A program made the position numbers and the translations under genes. DNA of 64,000 nt. Origin: Catajapyx aquilonaris. Its lineage: Eukaryota. Under the pieces are notes generated by a model that had not been told where the DNA came from, ran no database searches, and saw only the letters and a program-made list of their open reading frames with translations. The DNA lies in NCBI GenBank assembly GCA_000934665.2, contig JYFJ02001534.1:1-64000 (forward strand), in the 5' to 3' direction. Shown piece by piece: positions 39,001-53,090 of the stretch (position 1 is its first letter; every line of letters starts with the position of its first letter).

Positions 39001-42000
39001 TATGACAAGTTGGCGAAATTGTTGGGAGGTGTTTTAAGAATGTGGGGGGCGGAGCTGATGTGCTAATGCAATTAAATCTTCGAGTCCTAAGAAAAAGGCT
39101 TCTTAATCTGATTTTTTCGTCACCGATGCGGTGTTTTTCTGACAAGGCTAGTGCTGGTATAGAGTGCTTATGATGTAAGAAAGGCTGCCTCACAATATGC
39201 AGTTCTAATGTAATCAAAGTTCCGAAAACTTCTTGAGTCTATACCTGTCATTTTGAGGACTGGTATTCGTGACTTAAATATTCAAATCCGTGTAGTATTA
39301 TTACTGTGCTGTTCATTACAAATTGTGGAATAATTATATGCAAAAGAAATAATTTGATAAATAATATGATATCACTTGTGATAAATACCAAAGTAGGCCT
39401 ATGTGAAACTAAGTGCTCCATATGTAGTTAACTTCTCTGTCTTTCCTGCTGGCTGGTGAATTTTTTGCCGCAGTTTTCATAACCTATGATATACTATAGT
39501 CGGCACCTTGTGTTGGCGGCTTATAGGCTACGCATATGGTGAAAGTTGTATTCTAAATGTTTCAAGGGAAGCCTTGCTATATAGAGGAGACATGGCCTAA
39601 ACTGCACTGTAATGCTCCCTTATTGCTCGGTAAAATTTCTAGTTTGACAAAAGAGCTGTGCGATAGGTTTCTGTGATCGGATATTGCTCGAAAAAGTTTT
39701 TGCCTACGTGAGAGATTTTCTATGCAATACTGTACTATATTCCCATTTGTATTCTTCTCCATCTTTTTCCGTAGTTCTCCGGGGCACTCCTGTATGACAA
39801 TATATGTTTCAATATTCCATTGTGCTCCACAGTACCTGCTAAGGACTCATTTTTTCCCTCCTAAAATTGGTTATTTCCTCAGTGGAATCCTTCAACTCAA
39901 TACCTCATGATATACAGCAGACACGCATCATAATTCGGCCCACGTTTTGATTACACCACAATGCAAATATTCAATCATGCAAAAATTCTCAACTCATTTT
40001 TAACCAACAAAGACACACTATCCTTATGGAATTACATTTCCCCACAAATGCATATATTTCCTCCCACTATATACAGACTGCCTTGAAAGCATACAAACCA
40101 CCTGAATAAGAATGAAAGAAAGGAAAGAAAGGAAAACTCGAACGGTGCATATGTAATGGCGGACCCTAAGGAGTCCAGGGTTCTGGCAGTCCAGATCACA
40201 GACAACTTCACCCGGCAGTTGCCAGGGAAACACGTCTCACATTCAACCCGCTTAGCTTTACCCCTCTCCCTATGCTCCCCCTGGTAGCACCCCCTTCCAC
40301 CTTTCTATATCCACAAGCCGCAGCCGAAGCGAAGTTTGCAAAGGGAAACAGGAGGCGCGAATTCCTTAGGTTTCCTTGAGGATACAACAAGAGGGGGCCA
40401 TTTGGAAAGGATCCCCCGGAGACCTCTCCACTTGTTTGTCAGCCGAAACTGGATTCCTGGATTCTTGCTTTGGCCTCGTGTGGGCGGATAAAGGGGAGGA
40501 AGGATAGGAGAAGGGGGCGAAGAAGACGACTACTTCAATGTAACCTTGCCACTGACTTTAGTCTTCAGGAGCCATCAAGAAGGTCCTGGGAGGAGGTGAC
40601 TCCATGTGAACTAGCCACATGATCTGTTGGTAGTTCTTCAAATAGCTGTGGACAACGTCCCCCTTAGAGTTCAAGAGATTGAATGCAGGTGGCACACTAT
40701 GACTTATAGCAGCTATCAAAATATTAGTTGCTAATATTAGTTTGTATGGAAGTCTGGAAGCGGGACAGAATTCTAACTATTAAACACACAGCCTGTAGGC
40801 ATCATTATGTGAACGTTCATCTGACTTCTGTTGGATAATCTGCATCCGTCAGCCTGTCACCCACCCCGCAAGACCCAAAGCCCTGGGTATAGAGGCAGAA
40901 CGGGAGAATATAGGTGACCAGTGATGGACCGGAGGCTGTTGGCTCCAGGGATTAACTGTGGGGCGATCTGCCCGAGGGAAGTGGAGGATGAGGACTGGCC
41001 CAAATGATACAATAACATATTTTTTTTAAAAAATAGCCAATCAGTGAAATTACGACAGATGGGAGCCCGCATGAACCAGGGGGCATACTGGTAGTTCAAA
41101 ATAAAAGAGTTACAACGCAATTTTAATTTAAACTGCGATCTCATTAGGCATATCAGGCCAAACAATAGAAGTGTAACGGGGTGGTTCTGCGCTTTAAAAA
41201 ACCATGCATTTTACTAACGATAATTATCTCATTAACGAAGCTGCGGAGCCAAAATCACACCTCTACTGCTTTACATAAAATTATTCCCTAAGGCATAAAA
41301 ATGCAACACTACAGCTTTACATGAATAGTTGCTAAACACCATATGGACTTGTTAAATGTAAAAATAATTACATCGAGTTCACGGTCTGCCAACTTACAAC
41401 AACTTTTGTGATTATTTTGTTAAGCTGTAACTTCCATCCACACTTATGCTGTAAAATTGGGGCAGATGTCCCGTAGTATATACTGTATAATCATGGTCCC
41501 CATTTATCCTATTCCCAATCAGGCAGATTTATTGTCAATTATTTTAATTTGTTTTACCTCTTTCTACTCTTGCAATAACACTCATTCCTTTCCTGTGAAA
41601 CATTTTTTTCTTCAAATTACTACATAACATTTTTACATAATTCTTGTCGTTGAAGATAGCAAATCATTTACCCTTTTCGACAAAAATATTACCATTGCAG
41701 TGTGTCAGATGAAACATTAATTTCATCAAAAATCATTTGGTGATATTTTCAGTAAAGAAAGTGTAAAAAAAACTACGAAATTGTATGGAGCTTGCCCATA
41801 TACTCGGGTAGACATATTTTGCCCAGATCAGTCTAAAATGTTCCATTTCGTACTAGTTTGCTATATAGTAATTACAGTATAGCTAAAAAAGACTACTGCA
41901 CTTCGTGTTGTTGTTTCACAGCCAATGTGTTAATTAGCTCCAAGCCTTTACATTGTTGATACTAGAAATAGGAGCAGTTGCTTCTAGCTATGAATGACAG

Positions 42001-43200
42001 CCGGTGTCACGTATATTTATAGGTGGTTGCCAAATGCGTCGACATGTTATTTTTAATAAGGTTTGACATTTGATTTAGTCTAAAACGATAAACATGTGCT
42101 TGCATCTCACAATTTGTGAAAGTACTGTCTGCTGTCAACATTATAAGCTATAAATCATCAGCACTCCAACGTTTTTTCATAGACTTAACCTATAGCGAGT
42201 GACTGGATATGTATGGCCTAAATTTCTTAACCAGATAGTAGGCTACACTAGTTAGGAAAGGTTGTGAATTTCTGCATGGTTGGTACTGTGTACTACAGGG
42301 TGATGCATTGCTCAAGTCTAACTGCGAAATATATGAATTGTTTACTCTAACAACCAATGGAGAAGAACTCATCTGAAAGAGCTACAGTACATGAGCCACA
42401 CAAATTGTCGTCATTTTTTATACAAACTGTAGTTGCTTCTTCGCCTTGGACAGCGCATCACCCTACATGCATTCTTGGTTTTATATCAACGTAACATATA
42501 CTTGCGCAATTCCAAGTACGAATGCATTAAAATCCTCATTAAAATATTTTCTCCAAATCCCGACCTAACCACGCAATAGTGCAGTAACCCGACGACTGTA
42601 AAATAATCCGCAAATACCGCACGCAATTTATTCTCAGGTACCTGAAACTAAAATGAAGAAGAAAAAAAAATCCTAAAAACCGATCGTGTTTAGAAGATTG
42701 GATTTTCAAATAGCGGTCTTATTGCAGTTCTTCCTTCTTTTGGACCACACAGTATTTTCCATCAGTCGCTTGAAAAGACCTGGTTCAGCCGCACACCCCT
42801 AAGGCTTCCAATAGATGAATGATAACCGTTTTGAAAAGACCCGTATCCCACGCTGCGCATAAATAGGTATTTTGATTCCCATCTCCACTCCCATTCCCCC
42901 GGAAGCCATCTCCCTCTTGACTTAATAGGATTATATAAGTAAAATTTTCCTTGCTTTATCCGGCCGAGATTGGTAGAATCCTTTCCGGACGGGTTTGCGT
43001 AAATCGACCCGCGTGTAGCCAAGTCCTGCCTAAAGGCTGTATTTTCATACCCGATGAATATTAGGTACATTCCGGAGAGATGAAAATTGGGTTTGAGCTA
43101 ACTGGTGTAAATGTAGTTTTCAACTCATGGCCTGCTTCAGGGTTTACATTTTCAGTGTCTTTTTCGTAAGACCTGGGCCAATGAGAAAGAGGAGTGGTTA

Positions 43201-43455
43201 CAGTGTTGGACATTAATCGCGTCGTACTGCTAGCGACATTTTCCGGTGTGCCAGCCGTGCGAATCACAAGAGGTAGGCCTTGGGTGACGTCAAGGGCTGG
43301 GGGGCAATGGAGAAAAGGGCTTGTCCCCAGCCAGTGACGTCACCCAAGGCCTACCATTTCTTGCTCGCATGGCTCGCACACTATCACTTCGATTTGCACG
43401 TCTTCCGCATCGGAAAATGTCGATAGCAGTACGACGCGATTAATGTCCAACACTC
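43201..43455. mobile_element. Tc1/mariner-type palindromic MITE
   Basis: ~45-bp TIRs CAGTGTTGGACATTAATCGCGTCGTACTGCTAGCGACATTTTCCG, TA flanks, and inner arms GGTAGGCCTTGGGTGACGTCA / TGACGTCACCCAAGGCCTACC. Confidence 0.9.
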
Positions 43456-43459
43456 TACC

Positions 43460-44500
43460 CGGTGATGGGCACTAAATACGTGAATGTAATTAAATACTAA
43501 ATACTAACTACTTCATAAAATGTAATTAAATGCTAAATACTAATTACTGCAAAAGAAAGTAATTAGATACTAAATACTTAATACATGAAAAAGTATTTAC
43601 ATACTTTTGTAAATGCATTTTTTTGTTAATGTGCAACTAATTTCTTACCATCATTCTTTGGATAAAAATAAGAAAACATAACAGATTTCTACTTTTATAT
43701 ACATTTGATAATTAGCTACGTAACTTATATGTTATCAAGACTTCAACTTCAGGAAAAGGGTAAGGTTTTTTTATTTTTAAGATATACCCCGTGCTAGAGC
43801 CATGGGCTCTCTTAGGGGAGTGGATTACCACTATCGTGCAGGGACAGGGTAGGGATAGGAGGGGGGGGGGGATACTGGTGCATGTGCAATGTCTCAGGTT
43901 GGGGGTCGTGTGCAGTCCCTCAGGGGGCCCGTTCGCCAAGATGACCCCCTAGATGCGAGTCAGAAACCCCACTGACCCGCACCTCCTCCAGGGAAGGGAA
44001 AGGAAGGAAGCGGCTGTGGCCTATTTTACGGTACGATCCCGGAAATTATTCCTGGGGCGACCTTGGGAAACCACAGAAAACCAAGGTCAGGATCGCCGGC
44101 CTCCGGGATTCGAACCCAGGACCTCCCGATTAGCAGTCGGACACCATATCCACTACACCCCTACTGCTTCGGTGGAAAAGGGTACGTTAATAATAATAAC
44201 AGAATGACAAATGAAAATCAAATGCGTATGAGAAAAAGCTAGGAGAGGAGCCAGGAGAAAAAGCTGCTTATTAGCTGCTTTTCTGTCATTAGGTTTAAGA
44301 ATTAAGAATTATGCAAATATAAATTAAAAGGGAGTTAGGGAAAGTATTTGCGATATGTATTTAAATACTTCTGTATTTAAATACTCAGAAATGTATTGAA
44401 ATACAGTATTTAAATAAGGAGAACCAATGTAGTTATAAATACATCTCTAAATACCAAAAAGTATTTAAATACATTTGTATTTAAATACTGACCATCTCTG
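43460..44500. mobile_element. hAT-type non-autonomous element (contains a SINE)
   Basis: TIRs CGGTGATGGGCA / TGACCATCTCTG, sub-terminal AAATAC/GTATTT arrays, and 8-bp TSD ACTCTACC (43452-59) / ACTGTACC (44501-08). Confidence 0.85.
43763..44173 (-). mobile_element. tRNA-derived SINE, long form of the ACCGAAGCAG-head family
   Basis: Head and body as 20104 and 26496, plus an extra AGACATTGCAC-containing module and the shared tail. TSD GGAAAAGGGTA (43752-62, 44174-84). Confidence 0.92.
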
Positions 44501-45944
44501 ACTGTACCTTATGTAGTTGTGTTCAAGCAGAAAATATGCTACTTTTAGTAACCGTTACTTTGTAAGCCGTTGTTGTCAAAACTTGGTGCTTAAATTTTTT
44601 ATATATAGAAAACAGCAAAATGCACGAATATTTGTAAGACGTGAAGTGGGCTAATCCCCACCGCCGAGTGAATCTGCACTATCATATGTACAGACAAAAT
44701 AAACATAACATCCTACGGTCCATTCCCACATAATATTGCCAAATAACAGCTTTTTGAGTTAATCAGGAAGCCATCTTTGACACCCTCACTAATTTCCTGC
44801 CACATCTCCGTCCGATCTACATATTGTCAATATTTTATCTCTTAGTCGTATGCGTAAACGACGCATTTTGTAACACAATCCGATTCTATGGGACTACAAA
44901 ATTGAATCCTAGACATTTAATCATTCATCTCCAAGCGTGTTTCCGGGGGAATCTCAACCCATTGGGGGCCCATCTCTTCCGCTGTGAGCAGTCGGCCGAG
45001 ATACACATTTTTTTTAGGGACTTTGTTCGCGATGAAAAATGATGGGATGGGGAATAAGGTTGTCCTCACCCCCCTCTCCTCTCTCCTCCTGCCCTGTTTC
45101 CTTTTCCTCCCGCCCTATATCTCCCCTCAAATTTCCTATTCGGTGCAGATGTAGCAAAATGTGCTTTCCCTTTTACCCTCTCCCCCCCCCCCCCTCACCT
45201 CATTCACGTCCCAGAAGAAAACGTGGACAAAGACTCATAGGATTATTGGCGATCTTTCGGATTATCTTATCGACAGAAGCTTATCGGGAAGGTCGGATGT
45301 GGATTTATCCGGTGCGCCTGTATAGGACTTGGCGATTTGTATCGACGCAAAAGCTAAATCGATACTGGTTTGCATTTGTTGGATATATTCTTTGTATCTG
45401 GCTTCTAAAAATGTATGCGCATGTATTAAAGTCCGGTCCACTTTTTGCTGGGGGGAAAAAATCACACTGATTAGTGAAATTGGGGGGGAAAAGCTGAAAT
45501 ATCTTTTTCAAGCTTCGTGTTTTATGATAATATTTTGCGCTGCGACTTAACGATGAAAGACATTGCAGACTGGCTGCTCCACCTTGATTCAATTCTTCTC
45601 GTTTAATGTGCTGGCAGGCCCGCCCAGTTGCCTGTGTTGAATCGACGTTCGGTATATTCACCCATTTATCTTTGCCATTGATTAGAGTCGGGTTGTCCAA
45701 GACGGAAACATCAACAGCCGAAGTGCTATTTTACAGATGATTAATGGCTCGCCAGCGTTTTCACTGGATGCTAAATTAAAGGCATGAATGCATGGGGGTG
45801 GCTACACTGCTTCATTGAAATTGGGACTAAAATCATATTACACACAAGTGGTCTTGGAGTAGTCTCCATCAAGTTATGCGAACAGAACAGGTAGGATTAC
45901 CTAGAATGTCGTGTTATGTGAAAAAGAATGGGGTAGGAGAAGTA

Positions 45945-46097
45945 CAGTGTTGGATATTAATCGAGGCATACTGCTAGCAACATTTTCCGAAGCGGCAGAA
46001 GAAGGAATCTTGCTCGCCCAGCTTGAAGTATCCTTATCTTCGATTCCTTCTTCTGCCGCTTCGGAAAATGTCGCTAGCAGTATGCCTCGATTAATGT
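45945..46097. mobile_element. Palindromic MITE related to 43201-43455, right terminus eroded
   Basis: TA|CAGTGTTGGATATTAATCGAGGCATACTGCTAGCAACATTTTCCGAAGCGGCAGAAGAAGGAATC and its inverted copy ending ...CGATTAATGT. Confidence 0.85.
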
Positions 46098-47297
46098 ACA
46101 TGGGCGGGGTATTCCTATTGAAATTTAGAGATTTTTTGTACTAAGCTGCTCATTTTAAATATGCAGTTACTTGTGGTTAGAAAATGTATTCGTTGCTAAT
46201 CTTAGGCTGAATTAATTAATATATTCAAGATTTTCGGATTGGGATCAGCCCATAAGACCAGACTTTTTAAAGTATTTAAATCGTTTTTTGCAGGCCAAAC
46301 CCACACACAAGAATTAATAATGATGAGGCTATCATATCTAATATTAGAACTAATACATTTAATGTTCTCTCAAAGTAACTGTTTCAAAATTAGAGGCGCA
46401 ATTCCAAAAAAAATCGTAATCTTAAGCAGACATTTCAACTGGAAAATCCTGTATATGAAAATACTATTATTGTTAATTATTTTCGTAGTGCAGCGAACAT
46501 AATGTCATGCAAAGCTATTTCTGAACGAAAAAATTTAAGTAACGCGAGCAATGCATAAAAAAATAAATAGTCATACTGAATGGCAAAAGAGATGATGATC
46601 CATGGTGCATAAGGCTCCAAATAGTTCCCAGGTAAACCGGTTTGCTATGAATAAACTTGTTGTCTTCTGTAGTACAGTGTTGGTCATATATCGGGGCCTC
46701 TGTGGTAGGTAAGATTTAGAGATGGGCCTAAACTGTTGCTAGGAACTATAAGAACTATGAACTATAAGTGAGAGAGAGAGAGAGGGAGGGAGAGAAAACG
46801 TATTTTTAACGCAATAAAAAGACACTAATCCCGCTTCTGTGGGTCCAGTAAAGTGACTGGCTGCAGCAACTCTGCTGACCATGCAGTACAGGATGAGGGT
46901 CGCTAGGCGACAGATTGGCTCCACTGTAAGCTCGCATATTAAAGAGTTGTACAGTTCTGGAAAAACTGTACAATGTACTGTACGCTGCTTTCGAGGGTAA
47001 AACGCAGTTTTTCGAGTAGTGTACTGGACTGAATATGTGCTGAGTACTTGTCACACAGGTATGGATTGCACTCGATACAAGTCTCACCTGCCAGAGACCT
47101 GCTCACAGTAGAGCAAGGCACTGTACTTAAGGCAGATTTTACGTGTTACCCAGTACAACCCATTATTGTTTTGGTGCACCTACTACATACTCACAGCCTG
47201 TTTTTCAAGAAGTTCATAATGCAATTGTGCCTGTACCTTCTCATGTACAGTAGGGCCTACTTTGAGGCCCAATGGTGCAGGTTTTTGTTTATTGGAG

Positions 47298-48513
47298 CAC
47301 CTATATGCAACAAAAAGCAACTTTTTTTCTGTCCATGTAAATTCATCGCTATTTCCGTGTTCCTTAGGCCACTCGTAACTCATAATGACCATTAATTTTG
47401 TCTGCAATTTGTTTATGACCTCGGGGCAGTCAAAAAACCAAAATCCTCAAATATTGGGGTCTTTCCCAATCAAGTGGGCCTAAATGTTCCTAGACCATCT
47501 CGAATTTTGCTGGAAAAATTCACGGATGTACACACCAATTCCATAACACTGCAGATCAAGTTTCAGCCAAATTTAGAAACACCGTTGGGAGGGAAGAAAT
47601 CGCGAAATTTTGGAAATTTGGCCTTTTTTTGATAATTTTTTCGGTTAGTGGAAGTGGTCAAAACCCAATTAATGTATACATCTAATGAAAGAGAACCGCA
47701 AGGAGAATACGCATATAAAATTGGTTTTCCTCTAAAATGTAACCAGGAAAACGTGTACGCGGTATTCCAGCGGTCACATGCTCAGTCACATGTCCCAGTA
47801 TTTAGACCCCAACAATTAGTGAAGTATTTGTGTAAGAGCAGCCATTTGCTGACAGGAGTTGTGACCCATCTTACAAAATTTAATATGTTCAGTTTCAATC
47901 CTGAGTCATGCATGGCTCGTGAGAAAATTATATATACATTTGATCTTAGCTCATTGAGCCGAGAAGCGATGAGAAAATTATATATATGTTTTGCAGATAT
48001 ACCATTAATTTTCAAGGGCCCAAATTCTTGGGACATATTATTATAATCGATGAAATGCCATACACGTTTTTCTGTTTACATTTCAGAGGAAAACAAATTT
48101 CATAGGTGAATATTATCCTCGTGATTCTCTTTAATCGAATGTATATGTAGATTGGGTTTTGACACTTCCACTAACCGAAAAAAAAAATCCAAAAAGGTCC
48201 AATTTCCCAAATTTCGGGATTTCTTCCCTCCCAACGGTATTTCGCAATTTGGCTGACACTTGATATGCAGTGTTATGGCATAGGTGTGTACAGCTTTGAT
48301 TTTCTTCAAGCAAAATCCGAGATGGTCTAGCAACATTTAGGCCCACTTGATTGGGAAAACCCCCTATATTTGAGGATTTTGATTTTTTTGACTGCCGCGA
48401 GGTCAAACACAAATCCCAGACAAAATTATGAATGGTCATTATGAGTTACGAGTGACCTAAGGAACATGGAAATAGCGATGAATTTCCATGGACAAATATC
48501 GTGTTGCATAGTG
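47298..48513. mobile_element. 1.2-kb non-autonomous DNA element with ~440-bp TIRs, possibly Transib-like
   Basis: 47330-47766 aligns inverted to 48053-48494. The right terminus reads CACTATGCAACA on the minus strand and the left reads CACCTATATGCAACA. No TSD seen. Confidence 0.8.
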
Positions 48514-48517
48514 TTAT

Positions 48518-48805
48518 GGGTCATTCCACGTCAGTTCGTACCAAGATTAGCCTTTAGTATCTGGGATATCGTTCAAACATTTTGAAGTGGAAGTGCTCCA
48601 CTCTACGCGAATGTACCTATGGCCATTCGTGTGCACCTTCAGCTTTCATTTGTTTAAAAAATCGCCCACATGTAAAACGCCCATAAAACGAAAATGGCCA
48701 TAGGCACGTTTATTTAGGGTGGAGTACTTCCACTCTAAAAAGTGTTTGAACAATATCCTCATATACCAAGAGCTAATCTTGGTACAAACTGACGTGGAAT
48801 GACCC
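48518..48805. mobile_element. Palindromic MITE (288 bp)
   Basis: TIRs GGGTCATTCCACGTCAGTTCGTACCAAGATTAGC / GCTAATCTTGGTACAAACTGACGTGGAATGACCC. Arms pair for ~110 bp. Flanks TTAT / TTGT. Confidence 0.9.
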
Positions 48806-51800
48806 TTGTACTGATGCTATCCACACATGCAGGAAATGTCAACTTCATATGTCAAATCTGACCGCAAAATATTGCGAATCCATCCCGAGATTTCAGCGAA
48901 AAATTATGAATCAAGTATTATGAAGGGGTCGCTCAAAAAAAAATTTACTTGGACCTTGTAACCAATGGTGACATTCGCATAAACCAACCCAGTTGATTAG
49001 CAATCAATGTATTAGTTTGTGTCCTTAGGGTTGGAGTCTGCACCTGACAACCACAAGGTTTCAACACAATGCCGGAAGGAGAAGTGCGTGTTCTCGTGGT
49101 ACTTTGATTTTTTAATTAAATAATGCAGTGCAATTCAATTACTGATCGGTCAAAGTGTATACATTCTACCAGTATCTCATTTTGGTCCACGTCCCAATGC
49201 AATAGTAGAACCAGAAGACCATATATTAATAAACACAAAGTGACTGCTGGCACGGAGACGAAATGACATATGATTATATTTGAACACGAGGGTAAAATGT
49301 AAAGTAGCCAAGGCAAATCCTGGTCTTGCATGAAAGCGTGCTTGTGATCCATGTCCAGGGGCCTAATCGTGGGGCGGGCTTAACTGCCCCTGATCCCTGG
49401 GCAACCACCGAAATCGTGTCTCTCAAAGTTCTGCAGACAACTAACGTTGCCATATCCTAAATCATCCAGCTCAAATCCCACTTCGTGCCCGCCCAGACAA
49501 AGCTAGTCACATGATTCAATTGGAAAGCATTAATGTGGAGCCTCGTATGCAAATTAAGCACCTACCCCCCACCCCCTACCCAACCCAACCCTACACCACC
49601 CACCACAGTACAATGGGCCCAGGCGCGCTAATGCTAATGTTATGCTCCATATGTCCAAACAAGCTGCCGAATTTCGTTGTTCTCCCCCACACATCCATGC
49701 ACACCCACCCACCCACACGCCATTCCAACACACCCTCCCACCAGATGTTCCATATCATATGCATGTGTGGAATGAGGCGTGAGAAAGGTGGGGAGGGGGA
49801 AGTTAGGGGAGGTGGAGGGGATAGGAGAGGGAGGAAAGGTAGGAACTTTTTTTTTCGATATATCAAATGGTACCAAATAATTTAAATTACACTATCCAAT
49901 ATTGTGGACATTCAAGTGGTATCCACTAAGTTCTAAATCCAAAGAAACAGTTTCGATATAATCCGAGTAAAAAATTCGACCTCGCACTTGCTTCCATGTT
50001 AGTGAAGACAAAAAATCCTATCTTGCTGGCTCATTATGAATATTAGAACTAAATTCACTTAGTCAGGTGATAGTGCTAATTAGTTGTATAAATAACTCAA
50101 AATAGCCCAAAAATTCAGAGTGGATTTCGCCATGCCCATATGCTACACGAATATTATGATCATCGTCACTAATACAGTTGATTCCAGTCCCACATACGCG
50201 ACTCTTGCTAGTCACCTTCCCACACCAGCTTGGAATTTTGGACGCCTAGCATTCGCTATTTTCAAAATTAGGGAATTAGCATAATGCCATGGCGGATTGG
50301 TAGAAGAAGGTTTATGCTAAATTACATTTCATTTGCATATTTTTATTACGGTCGAATATTGTTTCAAAATGCTGGACTACACAAGCTCCGAGCACTGCTC
50401 GTTAGTATCATTCAATTGCGGCCCGAGGGAAAAGGCATACCTTCACTTCATGCAACTTCATCACACCCAAACATTACCCGGAGATAGAAAATGTGATTTT
50501 CCCATGACCATCAATGTCGTTATCCGATAATTGACATGGTGTAAATTTTATGGTTATGCTATGCGCAGATATGAGTCGTAACTCTGAGTCACATATGGCA
50601 TCACCGGGTAATTGCCACATTTTTAGACTGACATGTGCATCTGTAATGGTCGCTGGATTCATGCAGGTGCCTATATAGATAGGACATTGCATATTATGAC
50701 CAGATATTTTCCCTGTATTCAGCAGGTACAGCTCGAGCTGGTTGATGGGCCATCTCGATGGAAAACGTGGCAGGGTACGCCATTGCTGGGAGCTTCACAG
50801 CGGTGCTGCCACGGGTGTCAGAAACATGAACTTTGCTACTATGAGAACTATACATCTGTAGATTACGGCCTTCGGGGAGTCAGAAACCAGCAAATGGCCT
50901 ACACATAACTAAAGGTGGGTTTCTATTTTACACCTTGATTTATAAGAGAGTAACAAAAGTGTACCTGATAATCATGTTTTTTTTTGGAATGAAATCAGTT
51001 ATTACAGGAAATTGATAAAATGTCATTGCACCAACATTGCAAGACTGGCAGAATTTGGGAGCCACTAATATACTCCTGAGGACCAAATGGGTCCCGCTGG
51101 TCACATGTTGATCATCTGTGATGATCGGCAGTTTCAGATCTTATCACAATGAATGATGGCCACCCACAAAATGAGGTTTTGTAGATTTTTGTGCTATTAA
51201 GTTGGGCTGTGGTTTTGATTTTGTTTGCACGCCCTCTTTTTCCTGGCATGGCTTGTCATGTTTAAAGGGGAATGATCTGTAAACCCCTAGGGGGCATGGA
51301 TTGAGACAAAATGTGGTCCAAAATGGTGTAACGTGTTGGCGATATTTCTGGTCCTATTTTTTTGTGATGAATCACGTAGGATTTGGGAGGTGACAGTGTC
51401 AGAATAATTGTTCGTTGCCCCATGATTGATGCTAGCTAGATTATGTTTGGAAGTTTAATGGCCGGTAAAATGACCATCGATATCAGGGGGTGCAGTGACA
51501 GGCACTATCGAAGCTCATATGACGAAAAATGCTGGCAATGCGCAATATTACGTATATACTACAGTTCATCTAGGCTAGGGGATGGAATGACACGTTTTTT
51601 TTGTTGCTGACGCGACCATTTCCTTCATATTTGTCACCCAATTTCTGCATATGCAATTACCTTGTTATTACCTGATGATCTGAACGTGGAATTTCACATT
51701 GTTTTTTTATGGCAGATTTTCAATTTCTTGGACGTTTCTTAGGCGATTTGAAACACAATTTTCACAAAGTAGCCTGGACGGGCAGCCTCTTTTCTTTGTC

Positions 51801-53041
51801 AGCCATTTGAAAGGTTAGGCACAGGACAAAGGCAAAGAATTTGCATTTGAACTGAAGCCTCAATGGGCAGAAGGGTATTGATCCTTACATTTTTTTATCG
51901 TCCCTCCCCCCCACCCCCTCCCCCACCTTCTTCCTCTCGGATTTTTGAGGCTTTCAAACTACTTCCATTATTGGGTTTGACCAAGGGAAGGATCAAAGAG
52001 GAGAGGAACTTGGCGGTTATGTAGGATATTGAAGAGGGGATCAAGTGGACGCCTGAAGGTTTTGCTGCACACAGATACTCACATCAAGAAAGTGGGTGGA
52101 GGTGAGGGGGTGGAAAGGTCGTTACGCTGCTTTGTGAGGATACTTTCCAGCGAAGAAAAGTTTGTAGTCGTATATAAATATCAGCATTGGGGGGGATGAG
52201 CTGTCGGAACCAGCTACTTATGTTCTTCGACAATACACGACGTATTGTGGTTGCTTCCTGCTGAACTAGTTTTGCAAAAGGAAAGAAAAGAACGAGATGG
52301 ATACCTTTATCCTGAAAGTTTAAATTGCATTAATATATGTAGTAGATGAATATGTGTCAAAGTATAGGTTCTCTATGTCAGATCCCACCAGCCCAGACAA
52401 TTGCTCTCTACTGGTGCACATCTTACCTCATTTTCTTTCCAACAAATGTCATTCTCTTGTACGCCTAATAACTCCACCATGATCAAGATGCTGGCTGAAA
52501 TTCTTATTCAAACCCGCTCGGCTTCAGCAAGAAATTTATCTTGCCAGCTTCAGGTCGTTCAAGATTTTCCCTATAGAGTGTTATTCTTCCGTCTTGCCTG
52601 GGCCTCTTCCAGCAGGCGGGTTGAAACTGTTCCCATCCGTTTGAGGAACAGGCGATCTGCATCTTGTATTCCTTTTAAGGGCTTGAACGCATTTATTATT
52701 TTTTTTTAAAGGCATGTGATATTTAGGAACACAACAGTGAAAGCTGATCTGCACTCATTTTGCAGTTATGCTTACTTCAGTTGTACTAAATAGTCCTAGA
52801 AAAAATTCATTGATCTGGACAAGTGGCAGGCTTCCACTCTCAATCATCATGCGGGGCTGGTGCAGTGTTGCATCCATCCTTATCTTAATTTTTGCTATGT
52901 CAGTATTTTGCTGAAAATGCCAGTATTTATTAGAAACTATTTTTTACAGTCAATTTGAAAATAATTATTTTGATACACTTACACTGCCCATCTAATTTTT
53001 CATGATATTCACATGCTTCCTGTATGAATATATTATGGTCT

Positions 53042-53090
53042 TATGCACCCGGTGCGGGTATATGCACCCGATGTGGGTATGTGAACCCTA
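53042..53090 (+). repeat. 19-bp tandem repeat, about 2.5 copies
   Basis: TATGCACCCGGTGCGGGTA, TATGCACCCGATGTGGGTA, TGTGAACCCTA. Confidence 0.8.

Noticed and set aside
47648..48439. ORFs within the long-TIR element as a transposase
   Set aside because: Short, overlapping the TIR arms, and lacking DDE or DNA-binding motifs.
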